Assembly: GCA_009602725.1 (NCBI GenBank)
Contig: WELB01000029.1
Coordinates: 212,446-268,112 of the forward strand
Reading direction: 5' to 3'
Origin: Spirogloea muscicola
Lineage: Eukaryota
Length of the DNA: 55,667 nt
Shown: positions 52,538-55,667 of the stretch, one piece after another
How the letters are laid out: every line of letters begins with the position of its first letter
Position numbering within the stretch: position 1 is the first letter of the stretch
Position numbers and translations under genes: made by a program
The notes under the pieces: model-generated
Told to the model about the DNA's origin: nothing
The model's input: only the letters and a program-made list of their open reading frames with translations
The model's database searches: none

Positions 52538-53532
52538 GGCGCTCCATCCTCAGCTTCGTGACTGAGCTTGGCTCCAACACATAGCTAAGGTGCTGCTACA
52601 GAGGCACTTGCGTGCCCAAGTGACAGTAACCAGCAACCTTCCACTTGTAGAGTTGACCTGTGCAACACTGGCACCAATCCTAGATTGTACTTTCATGCGT
52701 GGCCAAAGTGAGCCCCGCTGAGCAAGTCTTACAGTGTGTGTGGTGTGCGCTGTTAGGAAAAGCTCTTCCATGCCCATCCATGCAACACGCAGCGATCAAC
52801 TTCGTGCTGGCTGGGCTGGCTGCTACAAGAGCTCGCCCACACCCGTTATACCTTATATTTTCTTGCTCCCTGTAGTGCCTCTCCATTAGCTTCCTTGAGC
52901 AGGCCGCTATCTGCTCACTGCTGTGTATCCAGTACAGAATTTTTGGGTGTATGCCGGCAACTCTGAGCGTGTCAGGGTCACTAGTTGCAAGTTGAGGGGA
53001 AGCTAAAAAGGGGTCTCAGGCAGCAGGAAGCCACAACTGTGACTCAGCCTGCACGGAGGCCAAGACTCGCTCTTTGTCTAGCAAATGTGGGGCAGCACCA
53101 AGTGAATGGCAGGTTGAGAACTGCAATGGCAGCACAACTGCGGCATTCTCTCGTTTTTCAATTTTCGGCATACTAGAGTGGCCGGTCCAGTCGCTCACTC
53201 CTTCAATCACAGACTTGCTTCTGGACACAACACGCACTCCTGCTGTGCCCTTACATGTAGTTGCATCTTGTGTAAGGCAGGTGCCAGCTGCTTCCGTAGT
53301 TGCTAGAGTTGCAGTCGCCTGGCCCGCCTAAGCAACTCAATAGCAGCTTGACTTGCTGCAGGACGAGCACTCCTGGAGCTCCTGTCAATGCTGCAACCTG
53401 TAGGCTGTGTCCAGTCCCACTGGGCGGTCTGGCACACAGCTTGACTGTCGAGCCGTGCGACAGCACCTCGCTGCTTTGCGGACGGGGCCTTTGATAGTGT
53501 ACACAAGCACCGTGCAAATGGATCCCTCCACA

Positions 53533-55606
53533 TCAGATGTCAATGACACGCGAAAGCTTCTGTATCCTGTTGAGTAGCAGATCGCCCTGCTTGATGGTGG
53601 CCTGATACAGCGCGTTCTTGGCATCCGGGCGATTCGTCTCCAACACGCCCGCCACCTTGTCAATGCGGCAATTGAGCCGCCCAGCCGCGATGAGCGATGA
53701 CAGCTCCCTGCAATGCACCAAGCCGGGGAAATGTAAGCTGTGCACATTTTGGGGTTCAACTAGTAATGCCAATCCCAAAATCCAAAACCTGGCATAGAAG
53801 TTCATCTTCCTGCACAGCTGGCTCGCTGCCTCAGACTGCTGCTCGTGCTCTCGCCAACCAGTCGAACCGCTGGGCTGCAAAGGTGCGCACCTGTCGAGGA
53901 AATCTGTGGAGACGCCGAAGGAGCGAGCCATGGCGTCGAGCGTGACGCTCTTGTACGACTCGAGGAACTGGGAGTAGGCGAGCACGCGCACCTCGCGCAT
54001 GTAGTACCGGAAGTGCGGCGCAAGGTACCGGTCTCGTCGCACCGCGTCCGTCAGGCCCGCTGAAACAGAGCAGAAGGAGACCGCCATAAGGTGGTCAGCC
54101 CCGAGCAGCTCATTCAGATGTATAAATTTAGTAGGGGTTCAGAAAGGGATCTAAACTTCATGGAGCAGGACTGGCGTGGCTAGAAAGGCTGGGGCTTGCA
54201 GCAGGGCTGCCAAGACACAGAAACTAGTGGCAAAAGATCCGATGCCCACCGAACGCTGCGAAAAAAGTCTTGTAGCGGCAGCCATAGAGGGCGTTGACGA
54301 AGTCGGCAAGGTGCGGGATGCGGTTGATGACCGCCAGGATCTCGGGCGCATCCACGACCTTGGCCTTGAGCGAGACGCGGTCAAGCGAGATGACGGCGGT
54401 GACGACGGTGTAGAACACAAAGTCCTCGTAGGCGAAGAGCTCGTACGTGGTGAAGGTGGAGATGGAGTCGAGGAAGAGGATGGCGGCGGCGCCGAAGTTG
54501 CGCGTGGCCATGTGGAAGACGCCCTCGTACACCTTGAGCCGGTTGCGCCGCTCCCACTCCCCGCCCTCCTCGAACAGCCTGCGCGCGGCGGCGGGCGGCC
54601 GGAGGCGGCTCAGCTGACCGACGGTCGCCAAGGTGAGCCAATGACAAACAGTAAGCTACTTTTGTGGGTCAGCTCAAAGCCAGACGGTGGTCAGACAGGG
54701 CCGCCGGAGCCGGCTCCTGGAGGCTGCGGCGGTGGATTGACAACATGGGTAATACAGTTGACCGCTCCTAGAAGCGAAAGACTCCTGATAATTGTGAACT
54801 AATCTAAGCTAGACATAAGCTAGACATAAGCTAGACATCTGGCGGCGGTGGGCCCCACCCGCGGGCCTTCTCGAGGCTGGCGGCGACGAGGTCGAAGTCG
54901 AGGTGGAAGAGGGCGACGCGGAGGACATGGAACATGAGGTCCATGCGCAGGCCGACGGCCACCGTCTTGGCCTCCGCCGCCGTCAGCGCCGCCAGCGCCG
55001 CGGCCTTGTCGCCCGTGCGCACAAAGTGCAGCGCCCTGGCCAGCAGCGCCTCCCGCACCTCGCTCTCCCCCAGGCTCTCCTCCGCGTCCACGATCCTGGG
55101 CACCCCGGGCGTCAGCGCCAGCGTCAGCGCCAGCGTCAGTGGAAGCAAAGCAGGGAGATCCCTTGTCAGCGTCAGCGTCGGTGCCAGCGTCAGCTCCAGC
55201 GAGTGGTCATGGGTTCAAGTCCGATGGTGAGCGACTCGCTTCGTTGATTTGGGCAAACACGGCAGACTCAGTTTCTGCTCCTTCCCGTTGGCGTCGGCGT
55301 CAGCGTCAGCGTCATCTCGAGCGCCAGCGCCAGCGCCATCAGCGTCAGTGTCACCGCGCCCGGCCGCGGGGCTTTCTCCAAGGCCGTCGACGCGGCCAGG
55401 GGATCGCTGCGGAGGCGGCCCGGCCCGGGCGGGCCGGCGAGGGCGTCGACGGCGGGAGAGGAGGGCGGGGAGGAGCGAGGGAGGGCCGCACTTGGCGTCC
55501 AGGCGCGCGAGCTCCTCGGCGTTGGCGGCCTCCATGGCCGCCAGCTTCGGCGCGTCCAGCGGCCACCCAAACTCGGCGCAGCAGGCCGCGTACAGGCCCG
55601 CCATGC
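53533..55606 (-). CDS. RPN7: 26S proteasome non-ATPase regulatory subunit RPN7 (PSMD6), 5'-partial
   Basis: [76 protein letters not shown] domain [47 protein letters not shown] (53533). The first visible exon starts at 55606 after an acceptor, so the start lies outside the window. Confidence 0.97.
54805..54838. repeat. 11-bp tandem repeat x3 (TAAGCTAGACA) in an RPN7 intron
   Basis: Direct reading. Confidence 0.9.
55109..55348 (-). repeat. Hexamer arrays (CTGACG/CTGGCG)n in RPN7 intron 55096-55491
   Basis: Clusters at about 55109-55139, 55165-55196 and 55291-55348. Confidence 0.8.
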
Positions 55607-55667
55607 CTGCGCCGCGCCCGGCAGCGGCGCTGCCGTCAGGACGGCGCCCGCCAGCGGTGGCGACGGC

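Noticed and set aside
54176..55247. + strand ORFs of 208 and 114 aa
   Set aside because: Antisense to GC-rich RPN7 exons.

Overview
Intron-rich eukaryotic nuclear DNA from a green plant lineage, most likely a streptophyte alga: the proteins are land-plant-like, the GT-AG introns are short, and the 5' ends are very GC-rich. Eight spliced protein-coding genes can be rebuilt by hand: a 5'-truncated alpha-helical protein whose C-terminus resembles Integrator subunit 5 (+), beta-tubulin (-), DNA topoisomerase VI subunit B (-), a REVEILLE/LCL-type single-MYB clock factor (+), a plastid K+/H+ antiporter of KEA1/2 type (+), N-acetylglutamate synthase (-), NADH-dependent glutamate synthase (+) and proteasome lid subunit RPN7 (-, 5'-truncated). 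Three N-gaps fall on the GC-rich 5' ends of the tubulin, RVE and NAGS genes. Most notable: the putative INTS5 homologue; an in-frame 18-aa Ala/Pro/Gly insertion in the H1-S2 loop of beta-tubulin; a probable extra terminal exon adding an acidic two-cysteine tail to NADH-GOGAT; a dispersed terminal-inverted-repeat family with a ~100-nt foldback upstream of KEA; and the head-to-head NAGS/GLT1 pair. Homology calls rest on motifs recalled from memory. No database search was run.
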